Positions 20,732-30,432 of a stretch of DNA of 64,000 nt are shown one piece after another. Each line of letters opens with the position of its first letter. Position 1 is the stretch's first letter. Source of the DNA: Candidatus Latescibacterota bacterium (GTDB lineage: Bacteria; Latescibacterota; UBA2968; GCA-2709665); the NCBI GenBank assembly GCA_965226795.1, contig CBDDDZ010000002.1, forward strand, positions 512,001 through 576,000. Reading direction: 5' to 3'. The notes under the pieces are model-generated. The model was not told the DNA's origin, searched no databases, and worked only from the letters and a program-made list of their open reading frames with translations. Position numbers and translations under genes: made by a program.

Positions 20732-23700
20732 ATGGACAGATCTAGAGGCGTTCGCGTAATGGTTAAGAACCTCGACAAATTAGCAGAAAAAATCGATGCA
20801 GCATTCGACCTTCGAGATTTGGAGGAACTGCGTCAATGCACCGAACAATGTGAGAAGATGCTGAGGTCGGTACACGACTTTGACCAACCTCTGGTCTACT
20901 ACTTTCAGGCAAATGCATATTCTGCTATCCGTAAGATAAAGTCAACTGACGAGAACTATCTTTGGAATTGGATTCAATCAGAGTATACCAAAGAAATTCT
21001 AGCCCTTAGACAGTCCATAAGACATCAAAACTTCCGCCGTCTTGATGCAATTAGGCGTTGTCAAATCTTAACAAACCTTGGCAATTCGTTGAATGCAGTT
21101 GGGCGTCCGATTGAAGCCATTGAGATGTGGGACGAAGCGCTGAAAATAACACCGATTTTCGCGATGGCACGTGGTAGCCGTGGGAAGGGATTGTTGTACT
21201 ACAGCGGCGCACTTTATGATGTCGGACACCGAGGTATCTTTCTGATGCAAGCAAAAAAGGATTATCTCAAGGCCATATCACCCCAAAGTCTATGGGATAG
21301 CGTATATCCGAACGAGGTCCATGAAGAATTTCAACAGCAGGCAAACGAGATTGAAGAGTACCTTCAACGGCACTTTGATGAGAGTAAGTTCGAGCCATAC
21401 AATTGGCCGTTAGGTACAACCGAGAATGAGCAGCGATACAGGAAATGGCGTCTGGAACACCGATTGTTCCTGAATCCCCTAAACGATCTAAAGGCGTGGC
21501 CCATCGCTGCCCATGACATATTTCATCTTCCGGATCATGTCTATCGAATTGACGAGAGACCTCGATTCGTACAGCTTTACGATTCATTAAAACAAGAATA
21601 CGTCGCGGCGTGCCTCCTGCTTTATGAAGGAATTCAGGCCAAGAGCGAGCACTACGCCGACAGGGGCAACTTGGTTTTCGATCACTGCGACGGATCCATT
21701 GGAGGGGCAAGAATTGAGTCGCCTAAAACAGCGAGAATATCGTGGTGCCGGGCAGCGACCTGCGGCGATCAACGTAGAGGGAGGCCACCAGGTTGGTCTG
21801 GGTGTTGTCAATCTGCACAAGGATTATGCGGGGATCATCAGGGGTGTAGCGAGGTAGTTCTTGATCCGAACCAGGTTGATCCATAGGCCACGACACCAGG
21901 CCCACCGTTGGTGTGGCATCAGTCCGCGATAGCGCGTCTTGCCATTTTGGGTGTAATAGCTCAACTGGAAATGCTGGCCTCGACATTGTTGCGTCTGTTT
22001 CTAATATGGGCAGGGAGTGCTTCGATCTGTTTGCGATTGAGGTAACTGTCGATGTGTTGTTCTTTAAAATCGTGGTTTGCCATCGATGATGATTTTGTAT
22101 TTTCCCGTTTGTATTCTTGGGCAAGCTGAACCTCTCCGGTTTGTTGATCAATGACCTTGACACCGTCTGCTGTGCGTTCATAACTGAAACGCCCTGGGGT
22201 TCCTTGCAGGCCACTGTAATAGAATTGCTTGTCCTGTTCTTTTGCGTAGGCGTTGGATTGATCATTATAGGCCCCATCCATTGACACTTCCAAGACGTCA
22301 CCCACCACGCGTTGTGTCTGCTCAATGGCAGGTTGGACAAACGCGTTGTCGGGACTCGTCGCCGGTTTGACGTCAACATCCGTGATCAAATTGCAGGCCA
22401 TTCATCGCAGGTCTCGGTGAGGTTGACATTAAATTCTCGCCTTTCCTGCGAAAGGCCGCATCGTCATCATGGGCAGACTGCAACGAGGATGAACAGATTT
22501 TGACCGTATATTGGTCCTCAAAAACACGCACGATCAGACCATATCGATCGCTGTCTTTCTCGGTATACATCTTGTAGCCTGCAATAACCGCCCCAATTCC
22601 TGTAGCTTCTCGCCTTTTTCAGTAGTGAGACGGTAGACAATTGGGGCTTCCCTTGGATCAGATCCTCCAAAACCTGCTGATCCGTTGCCGATAATCGTCC
22701 CTTCTCATCCTTGTCCAATGACCTCCAGAACCCTTGTAAGCAACAAACCACCAACTGCAACCGACAACACAAGGCAATGTTGGCGCCGACTGTCCATTCG
22801 GATTTGTTGACCCAATACACCAAAGGCCTTGGCCTGCGTCTTTGAAGCTGAAAAGGTCTCTCCTACCAGATCGCGATTCAGTTGATACGCATACAAAGCC
22901 TGCTTGAACAGATAATACGTGGACTCGACAGGCGTAAGATTCACCAACCCCAATGCCCCCATCACCTGAACCGACATTGCTCAAAAAGTTGGGCATCGCT
23001 CCACCCAAAGCCCTCCTTCAAGATCATCATCGACACCAGATGCCGGAATTGGGACGGCCTATGTCAGGGTCAAACACCACACGAAAAATATCCTCATCGA
23101 CCTTTGACGTGATGTGCTCGTAGAACAGATTATTCCAGGCGGCCGGATCATTTAGCCGATCCAGCTTCGGACCTTTGAAATGCGACTCGAATAAACAGAT
23201 CCGGCTGACTTGAAGGGGCACTCCTTCTAAACATATGTCCCTCGCTTCTTTGTGATCAAACATCAATCTGAAACATTGCAACCTGTTGACACCTCGAATT
23301 TAGTACTTTTCCCTGGTTAAGTAAACACGACTTTTCGGAGTGGGCTCAGAATTGAAAAACAAAAGATGGCTTTCCGAAGTGCATATTCAATCTTGGATAA
23401 AGTGGCGATGTTTTTGAACGAGTACTACAATCTTGGCAAGGATAGTAGAAGGCTCAATTTTCGCACTGTTTGGCATGATGGAAGGAAAATCAGTAGTCGG
23501 ATTCCTCAAAAAAACTGGCGTTTGAGGGGTCTCTACGCGCTATCAATTGATCTCTTCGATAACGAATTCAAGGAGACGGCATTGCCGCATTCAGAACTCA
23601 TAAACGATGTGAGAAACGCTGCGGAACATCGTTTTCTCCAGGTGTACGAGGATGGAACAGTCCTTGATTCAGATCACATTACTAGTCGAGTGACATATAG

Positions 23701-23845
23701 TGAACTCTACCGTATGGCATTGCGAATGCTCAAGATCGCCCGCGCCGCACTTATCTACCTGTCGCTGTCCATGTACCATCAAGAAAATTTAGTATCACCT
23801 TCGACAAATTCCGAAATTACTGTTCAAGGGATGCCGAAGAGATAA
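20732..23845 (+). pseudogene. TPR + LA2681-type HEPN protein interrupted by an IS
   Basis: N-half has TPR (TNLGNSLNAVGRPIEAI) and LFLNPLNDL, LKQEY; C-half has AFRSAYSILDKVA and RNAAEHR; removing 21716-23353 restores GGARIEKQKMAF in frame. Confidence 0.85.
21716..23347 (-). mobile_element. Decayed IS (IS5/IS1182-like DDE transposase remnants), 1632 bp
   Basis: Flanked by direct repeat AGAATT(GA) at 21710 and 23348; GAG...CTC ends; fragments FYEHITSKVDEDIF..GRPN, QIRMDS, QSAHDDDAAFRRK, NLITDV, DGAY, RNNVEA lie in different frames. Confidence 0.85.
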
Positions 23846-24117
23846 AGATAATTGCGGACAGGTTAAAGAAGACATTTTGCTGTTTTTTTCGTTTTGCCTG
23901 TCACTATCTAAACGCTCCGGTAATCGCCAACCCACCTTTGCCAGTTGACATGCCTTCCTAGAGAGTGTCGACCCGTTGTTGTCGGGGATGCAGGACAGGG
24001 TCATTTGGGCCTTAACGTCAAGCGGAATTGAATTCTGGCTACTCTTAAATGAGCAATGGTCTTACGATTTTGCACGAGGCGTGAATGACAATCATAAATC
24101 AATAAAGGAATGTTCAG

Positions 24118-24879
24118 ATGGCCGACAAGTCTGCGATTGAATGGACCGACGCAACGTGGAATCCAGTTACCGGCTGCACCAAGGTCACACGTGGCTGCGA
24201 CAACTGTTATGCCGAGCGAATTGCCGAACGGTTTCGCGGCGTAAGGGGCCATCCGTTTGAAAATGGCTTTGAACTCACGCTCCGACCAGAGCGGCTTTCC
24301 CAACCGCTTTCATGGAAACGCCCTAGAAGAGTGTTTGTGAATTCAATGAGTGACTTGTTTCACAATAAGATTCCAACAGAGTTTATAGATCGTGTCTTCG
24401 ATACGATGGAGGATGCCGACCGTCACATTTTTCAGGTCCTAACAAAACGAAGCTCGCTTATGCAGAATTATCTGCAGGGAAGATATGGGCACGGGGCAGC
24501 ACCGCGACACATCTGGTGCGGAGTGTCCGTTGAAGACCACACCGCAACCGCCAGAATCCGGCATCTTCAAAAGGCTCCGGTGCCGATTCGTTTCCTGTCA
24601 ATAGAACCACTTCTGGGTCCTGTGGGAGAAATCGACCTGGAAGGGATATCCTGGGTAATTGTAGGCGGCGAAAGCGGTCCAAACGCTCGGCCCATGAAAG
24701 AATGTTGGGTAATCGAAGTCAAGGAACTCTGCAAACGCAATGGGGTAGATTTCTTCTTCAAGCAATGGGGCGGACTGACCTCAAAATCGGGTGGACGACG
24801 CCTCAAAGGGATCGAGTACAACGCCATGCCTGTATACTCTACAGCGGAGAAAAACTGTGAATTTCAACTGGCACCCTGA
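24118..24879 (+). CDS. DUF5131 / phage Gp37-Gp68 family three-Cys protein, copy 2
   Basis: Same motifs as copy 1 (CTKVTRGCDNC, NSMSDLFH, GGESG, FFFKQWGG). Confidence 0.93.
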   Translation: MADKSAIEWTDATWNPVTGCTKVTRGCDNCYAERIAERFRGVRGHPFENGFELTLRPERLSQPLSWKRPRRVFVNSMSDLFHNKIPTEFIDRVFDTMEDADRHIFQVLTKRSSLMQNYLQGRYGHGAAPRHIWCGVSVEDHTATARIRHLQKAPVPIRFLSIEPLLGPVGEIDLEGISWVIVGGESGPNARPMKECWVIEVKELCKRNGVDFFFKQWGGLTSKSGGRRLKGIEYNAMPVYSTAEKNCEFQLAP

Positions 24880-26137
24880 AGAACCTCCACCTTCTATTGA
24901 CAAACACAGCAAAGCCAAACTCGATGTATTACGTAGCTACCTTCGCGCCTATTTCGATACGCTGAATGTCAACCCCAGTCGTGAAGAATTCAAAATCGAT
25001 CTCGTTGATGGCTTTGCTGGGGGAGGCACGTTTCGGGACGGCGAAAAAACCGTCTCAGGTACACCTCTGATTATGCTTGAAGAGTGCAGAGCGGCAATGG
25101 ATAGGTTGAACGAAAATCGCACCAAGCCCCTGCGTTTCGATTCCAAATGTTACTTTATAGATAAAGAAGCCGCCCACACGGATCATCTTCGAAGGGTCCT
25201 ACGTGAGCGAGAGTACGTCTTGGATGATGACAGAATCGTTGTCCGTAACAGCCTATTTGAAGAGGAAGTCGAAAACATCCTGACGGCAATTAAGTACCGC
25301 CAGCCTATCGCCGGTCGCGCGATTTTTCTTCTCGATCAGACCGGATTCTCGCAAGTAGAACTCGGGCTTGTAGCCAGGATTCTGCGCGAATTGCCAAGAG
25401 TGGAGGTCATTTTGACATTTGCAGCGGATGCCCTCGCCAACCATCTTGCTCTCACACCCGAAATGATTAAGATGGTCGCTCCGCTTGAATTGACCGAATC
25501 ACAGATACATGACTTGATTCAACTCAAGAATGGCAACGTAGGAAGAGCACTCGTTCAAAGGACGTTGCGTGAGCATATTCGCTTTGTGACGGGCGCGACA
25601 TACGATACACCCTTTTTCATACGCCCAAGACAGTCACGACGGGCTTTATGGTTCCTCCATCTGTCAAAACATCCAACAGCGCGCGACGTCATGATTCAAG
25701 TTCATTGGGAGATTCAGAATACTTTTGAACACTATGGTTCCGGCGATTTCGGTATGCTGGGTTGGGACACATTGAGGGATCCTGGAGCAATTCCGCTCTT
25801 TAGCTTTTCTGAAATGGACCAAGATAAAATGCGCACGCAGCTTCTGGACACCATGCCGCGGGAACTCTTCAGTTTGGCATCCGAAGAACCTGTCACGATT
25901 GACGCGATGCGGCACAGGTTCGCAAACAGAACGGCTGCCCGTTATTCGGATCTCGATTCAATCGTACTGCAGCTTTTTCGCGAAGGCGAGATTGAGATTC
26001 TGGGTGCCAACGATAGAATCCGCTCAACTTCGCTGTTAAACCTTAGAACTGTTGACCGGATCCAGATGCCTAAGCAGACGCGAATCTATTTCGAGGATTC
26101 ACGCAGAGGTTCGAATCAGGGATCACACAAGATTTGA
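24857..26137 (+). CDS. tcmP: Three-Cys-motif partner protein (SAM-methyltransferase-like)
   Basis: HSKAKLDVLRSYL, VDGFAGGG SAM motif, FLLDQTG; GTG 24857 with GGAG; overlaps DUF5131. Confidence 0.85.
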   Translation: MNFNWHPEEPPPSIDKHSKAKLDVLRSYLRAYFDTLNVNPSREEFKIDLVDGFAGGGTFRDGEKTVSGTPLIMLEECRAAMDRLNENRTKPLRFDSKCYFIDKEAAHTDHLRRVLREREYVLDDDRIVVRNSLFEEEVENILTAIKYRQPIAGRAIFLLDQTGFSQVELGLVARILRELPRVEVILTFAADALANHLALTPEMIKMVAPLELTESQIHDLIQLKNGNVGRALVQRTLREHIRFVTGATYDTPFFIRPRQSRRALWFLHLSKHPTARDVMIQVHWEIQNTFEHYGSGDFGMLGWDTLRDPGAIPLFSFSEMDQDKMRTQLLDTMPRELFSLASEEPVTIDAMRHRFANRTAARYSDLDSIVLQLFREGEIEILGANDRIRSTSLLNLRTVDRIQMPKQTRIYFEDSRRGSNQGSHKI

Positions 26138-26209
26138 CAGTTTCCCGCTGTGCGACAGCCGGTGCAAGCATGAAAAACAACGAATCGACGACGATGGGGA
26201 GAACAAAAT

Positions 26210-26395
26210 ATGTTAGACATTGATGCACTGCTGCAGAAAAACCCGGACGTAAGGAAGGTTTTCGAGAAAAACCAGGCTTTGCTTTCGAAATGTCCACCGG
26301 CAAAGAAAGCGAAGTACCGACTTGGAGATCCGTTCGGGGCTAGACGTCCGGTTGACGATACGCCCGTCAGCCAACCCCGGCCAAAGGCGAGATAG
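26210..26395 (+). CDS. Small basic hypothetical protein (61 aa)
   Basis: GGGGAG RBS before ATG; followed by a terminator-like hairpin. Confidence 0.55.
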   Translation: MLDIDALLQKNPDVRKVFEKNQALLSKCPPAKKAKYRLGDPFGARRPVDDTPVSQPRPKAR

Positions 26396-26424
26396 GTCGT
26401 AGCCTGATATTCCTTCGACGAACG

Positions 26425-26463
26425 AAAAAAAGAAGCCGTGGCTGTTGTCGCCTCGGCTTCTTT
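26425..26463. terminator. Probable bidirectional terminator
   Basis: AAAGAAGCCG...CGGCTTCTTT inverted repeat with A-run, between convergent units. Confidence 0.55.
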
Positions 26464-26798
26464 GTTGGAAATCTCACCGTCTCGATGCGGGAAATTTGCT
26501 TCTGGAGTCGTTCGGAACGGGTTGTGCGATACCTTGAGGTGATAATTCGTTTTCTGATGTGGCCGATCACTGTGATTCAGTAACTATTCGCGCACTTCCT
26601 GTATCTGGATCAGGCCAACAGTACCGGACGGCTCGTCTCGTTCAAGCCCCTGCCTAGCTAAATGCGGCCCTCGCTTGTGGAGCCCATGAAGCAGCCGGAG
26701 AGGCCGAATTTGCATCAATCTGGTGCCCCGTCTAACACGGTCGACGAATGCGAACCAATCCACGATATCCAATATTTCCACTATAGATCAAGGATGTG

Positions 26799-26999
26799 CT
26801 AAGCTTCTAGTGCTTCCCGAATCGCCTTTTCCATACTTGGGCGAACTTTGTCCATGCTCCTACGGGCGGAGTCCTCAGCCATCTGCAGGATTTCCGCAAG
26901 CTCTTCGCCCTTAGGTTCGGGCGGAGTCGCTATATCAGGCGTCGGATGTTTCTCCTTGTGCACCCGCGCCGTTTTCAACTGGCGTGATGTCCGAGCCAT
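26799..26999 (-). CDS. Small hypothetical protein (66 aa) overlapping the 3' end of the Ntn gene
   Basis: AGGAGG-AAAAGAT-ATG: consensus RBS at canonical spacing. Confidence 0.6.
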   Translation of the reverse strand: MARTSRQLKTARVHKEKHPTPDIATPPEPKGEELAEILQMAEDSARRSMDKVRPSMEKAIREALEA

Positions 27000-28344
27000 A
27001 TCTTTTCCTCCTGAATGAAGTTCTATCGAAATAAGATGGATTTAACTCAGGCGAGAAATAGTGTTTGCGCTTAATCCAAATCAACCCATCGCCCTTCGTA
27101 ATTAACGCAACGTCGGTTGGACCACCAACTGTTTCTTCATCGCTCGATACGCGTCTCTTGAGCGCAGTCAGACTTACAAGTGATTCAGCCATTTCCGCAA
27201 GTTGTTCCTTAGGAAGCATAGCCACCACATTCATAATGGGCTGCGAAAAAAACCGCGCTCCAAACCCTTCGACGCTGTCCATAAAGGAATCGGCTACCTG
27301 AGTGTGATATTGATCCAAGACGTCACGCAGTTTCTCTGTTTCAATATTCGAGTGTTTGCTGAGTGATCGCATCAAGTCGTCAGTGTATTGCTCCAAGTGA
27401 GACACTACAGATCGGTGAAGATAGGGGAGGTAACCAGGTGCTATTCCCTCCATGAATTGATAAACCATATCGATCTGTGCGAATGGCACGATCGCTGACT
27501 GATTGTCTGGGTTGAGAGTCACTTCATGTTTGTCTGGATGAATCTTTAATCTGTTTTGTACCATCCCTTCAACATGTGCTCGCGAAATAGCAGGGAAGAA
27601 ATCCTGCTCGCCGAAACCGGAGACGACAACACCGGAAGTGAAGCCAGAAGGCGGGTGGCGTGTAACCTCATCAAAGAACCCGCATATCGCCTTAACTGCG
27701 ATATAATTGAGTTTTTGCTGGAGCCCTCGCCGAAGATGTAACTGATCAAACACCGACGCGCGTGCGCTTCGAAGGTGCCCACGTAGTGATTTGCGCACGG
27801 ACCTTTCGAACTCCCGGGGCGCACCTTCAATTGCAGGGGCACTCTTGGCTCTTGAGTGATACTCGTCAACGACTTCCTCGGTCAGTTCATGTTCCATCTG
27901 TGCGAATTTTTCAATTTCAAATCGTCCGCTTTCTTCGACAGCTTTAGCGATCGTTTTGTCGATCCTTTGCTGTATTTCCTGTCGAATCTCAGAGAAGATC
28001 TGCTGGGATAAGCGTACGGCATAGTCCAACTGCTGTTGGTCGCTTATTCGGTCACCTATGTGATGTTCCAAGAATCTGCAGAAATCGTTGGCGTACTCGT
28101 GGAGTTTCGCGAAGGTCTTTCTTCCGAGAATACACCGATACTCTTTCACTATTGTTTCCCATGGGATCGACATGAAACTGGCGTTGCCATACACGAGAAT
28201 TCCAACTGGTGCGACCTCGGAGAGAGCGAAGAGTTTATTTGCTGACGAGAAAATCTTCTGATTGCCGCCTGGATATGCTGTAATTGCGCTATCCGCTGCC
28301 AATGCGACAGCTTGTAGATTGAGGATGGCTATTTCGGCAGTCAT
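26935..28344 (-). CDS. Proteasome-beta/HslV-like Ntn-hydrolase with large helical insertion
   Basis: M-T start (Thr1), ALAADSA, ANKLF, C-terminal ETVGGPTDVALITK. Confidence 0.7.
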   Translation of the reverse strand: MTAEIAILNLQAVALAADSAITAYPGGNQKIFSSANKLFALSEVAPVGILVYGNASFMSIPWETIVKEYRCILGRKTFAKLHEYANDFCRFLEHHIGDRISDQQQLDYAVRLSQQIFSEIRQEIQQRIDKTIAKAVEESGRFEIEKFAQMEHELTEEVVDEYHSRAKSAPAIEGAPREFERSVRKSLRGHLRSARASVFDQLHLRRGLQQKLNYIAVKAICGFFDEVTRHPPSGFTSGVVVSGFGEQDFFPAISRAHVEGMVQNRLKIHPDKHEVTLNPDNQSAIVPFAQIDMVYQFMEGIAPGYLPYLHRSVVSHLEQYTDDLMRSLSKHSNIETEKLRDVLDQYHTQVADSFMDSVEGFGARFFSQPIMNVVAMLPKEQLAEMAESLVSLTALKRRVSSDEETVGGPTDVALITKGDGLIWIKRKHYFSPELNPSYFDRTSFRRKRYGSDITPVENGAGAQGETSDA

Positions 28345-28571
28345 AATCTATAGAGCCTTAGTTGTTACCCGAGTTCCGGATTCATAGCAATTGGTGTAGA
28401 TGACCCCGAAAGCAGTCAAGTATTCCTTAAATGCTATAGTGCCACGGTAGCTTTAGGTACCCGAATATAATTTCACGATAACAGACAGAAAAGTCAAATC
28501 TACCCACGTCGCAAACGGCTCGATGCCAGCGCGAACGCGAAAAAGACATTTGCCTTACTGCGGCCAAAATT

Positions 28572-28659
28572 AGACAGCATCAATATCCGTGGATCCCGCC
28601 CCTTCCGTAAAGTGAGGTGCCGCAACAGGCGACAGCGTGCGTTTTGGAATTGCGCGTTC
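28572..28659 (-). pseudogene. Relic of the RM gene's extreme 3' end
   Basis: Translates ERAIPKRTLSPVAAPHFTEGA..ILMLS vs intact ERKVLGRTLKPEEVAYFAEVARRIAGILMLT; DNA aligns by eye to ~31370-31461. Confidence 0.7.
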
Positions 28660-28682
28660 GACCGCAAAACCCTATCCCCAAA

Positions 28683-28877
28683 TTACTGGGACGGCTGATT
28701 CTCCGACTCAGGGTAAATGCGGCGAGCAGAATAACGAACGTACTTGCGACCGGAAGCCTCTTGTCTAGCTCGAATATATTTGAATATCGCTTTCACGTCG
28801 TAGCCAAACCGAGCCGCGTGTTCCTCCCGGACGGCCCGCACTTCGGTGATAAGCGGGTCAACCTGAAGTGTCGTCAT
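28683..28877 (-). CDS. Small protein resembling PIN-toxin partner (antitoxin-like), orphan
   Basis: DPLITEVRAVREEHAARFGYDVKAIF pattern; GGAG RBS. Confidence 0.65.
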   Translation of the reverse strand: MTTLQVDPLITEVRAVREEHAARFGYDVKAIFKYIRARQEASGRKYVRYSARRIYPESENQPSQ

Positions 28878-28880
28878 GTA

Positions 28881-28981
28881 TTCGAGTACTCCATTGCCAC
28901 CGAGTTTGCCGTCTCAAATGGCGACGGGGACGATGCTTCACAGGGCATTTTGGTTACAAAGATGTCAAACGGCACACTGCC
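28881..28981 (-). pseudogene. Relic of the RM gene's 3' region
   Basis: GSVPFDIF / VPVAI*DGKLGGNGVL vs intact GEATFDIY / IPAAIWNYKVGGYQVL. Confidence 0.65.
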
Positions 28982-29162
28982 TCGTTGGATCGCGTTCGGC
29001 TGCCAGTTATTGGTCGCCGCCGCAAACCAATCGCGGCATTCGCTTGCATTGTATAAAGAAGATGGCGCGAAGATCCATCAGCTTTTTCGGAATCGATGCC
29101 ATGGCACCAAGATCTTCTACGCCTTTATCCGCCACCATCAGCGTTTGACCAAAACTCGACCC

Positions 29163-30017
29163 TTAGTCGATTGACGCGTATAGGTCATCCGCAATTTCGT
29201 CCGTGGTCTTCAAGGACGTATTGAGAGCGACTATGTCAGCCAACATAGGACTGAATTGGGCTACCTCATCCTTTGAAATTTCGTGCCAAACCGGCAAGAT
29301 CCGTGCAGCGCCTTCGCCTTCGAGTGACAAAAGGCCATTAAGCTCTCTTTGAGGCCACTCCTTGTTGAAAAAGTGTCTTGACAATACAACAACTCCGAAG
29401 CGTGAATTCGCCAGCCCTCGATCAATCTCTCTACGCAAGCTGTCCCCAACCTTCAGAGTTAATTCGTCGTACCATACCCTTGCTCCTCTGGCTTGAAGCG
29501 CGTCTGCCAATCCGCGAACAAATGTATCCTTGTCTTCACCAGCGTGCGAGATAAAGAAGTCGTAGCTGACTTGCTGTGCTTCCGTGGAGGCGGTAGGGAT
29601 ACCCGACGTGTCGGCACGGTGCCGGATCTCACTCGAGATCTTTCTTTCGTTATCCTCGGGCTCGTGAATCAGCTGTTTTTGTGCGCCTGAAATTCTCTTG
29701 CGCTCTTTTTCGTCTTCGCGGGCCTGACGCTCCTGGTTAGAACTCAGGTTTTTGGACTTGGCAGCGATCTTGCCTGAGATTTCGGCACGTTTCTTCTGGA
29801 CGGTCGCGAGTTCCGCGGTTGAGCGCTCAATCTTCTTCAACTCATTCTGGAGGGCCGAGGCGCTATTTGCGCGAGACGCCGCTTGGTTTGCACGATTGAT
29901 CCCCGCATGAATATCGGCTTCTTTCTTGGTCTCCTTTGCCTCAGCCTTTCGGAGATCGGCGATTTCCTTGATTAACCGATTGATCTGGTTTGTGTAGTTC
30001 AATTCCGATTCCCCCAT
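29163..30017 (-). CDS. Coiled-coil + TIR domain protein (predicted NADase)
   Basis: YDFFISHA-EDK, VWYDE, GDSLRREIDRGL, WPQRE with catalytic Glu, ILPVWH; charged helical N-terminus. Confidence 0.92.
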   Translation of the reverse strand: MGESELNYTNQINRLIKEIADLRKAEAKETKKEADIHAGINRANQAASRANSASALQNELKKIERSTAELATVQKKRAEISGKIAAKSKNLSSNQERQAREDEKERKRISGAQKQLIHEPEDNERKISSEIRHRADTSGIPTASTEAQQVSYDFFISHAGEDKDTFVRGLADALQARGARVWYDELTLKVGDSLRREIDRGLANSRFGVVVLSRHFFNKEWPQRELNGLLSLEGEGAARILPVWHEISKDEVAQFSPMLADIVALNTSLKTTDEIADDLYASID

Positions 30018-30073
30018 ATAAATCGTTAAAAATGTGTTCCTTATCGTATACGGAATTCGCAACGGGCCGCCTG

Positions 30074-30372
30074 AGTTCCTCGAATTCGCCTCGCTATATT
30101 TGCAAAGCACAGCACTTCCGGGAGTGGCAGTGCCCCGCCCGATGTCGCGCTCACGGTAGAACAGCCGTATCGTTAGGAACTGATAGCCGCCGGGTTAGTA
30201 GGCCCAAATCTCGCCGGCGATGTTGCGCAATAAGGATCCTTAGTTCAGTTAAACGTCCTGCGACTGGGCGCCCAACTCGGGTATCGCCGCTCCCACTGTG
30301 GTGGGCTTGTCCTCAGTAAAGGCGCCTTTACACCGATCATTGACATGCCGGGACAACATCGCATTGCCCAAA
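30074..30372 (-). pseudogene. Relic of the last ~100 codons of the RM gene
   Basis: VGAAIPELGAQSQDV*LN*GSLLRNIAGEIWAY*PGGYQFLTIRLFYRERDIG / PEVLCFANIARRIRG vs intact LGVAMSILGEATFDIYLNDKAFWRNIPAAIWNYKVGGYQVLKKWLSYRERKVLG / EEVAYFAEVARRIAG. Confidence 0.85.
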
Positions 30373-30432
30373 CGATTGCGTTGGAATTCAGGTACTGATC
30401 GCAAGCATCGGCATCAGGTCTTTGTGGAAGGC

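Noticed and set aside
21716..21886. C-terminal 56 aa of ORF 20732-21886 as real protein
   Set aside because: Read-through into IS sequence past the target-site duplication
19926..24879. Prophage, suggested by the Gp37/Gp68 name
   Set aside because: No structural, terminase or integrase genes
28617..29174. 185-aa + strand ORF
   Set aside because: Antisense to the 64-aa gene and RM relics; no motifs
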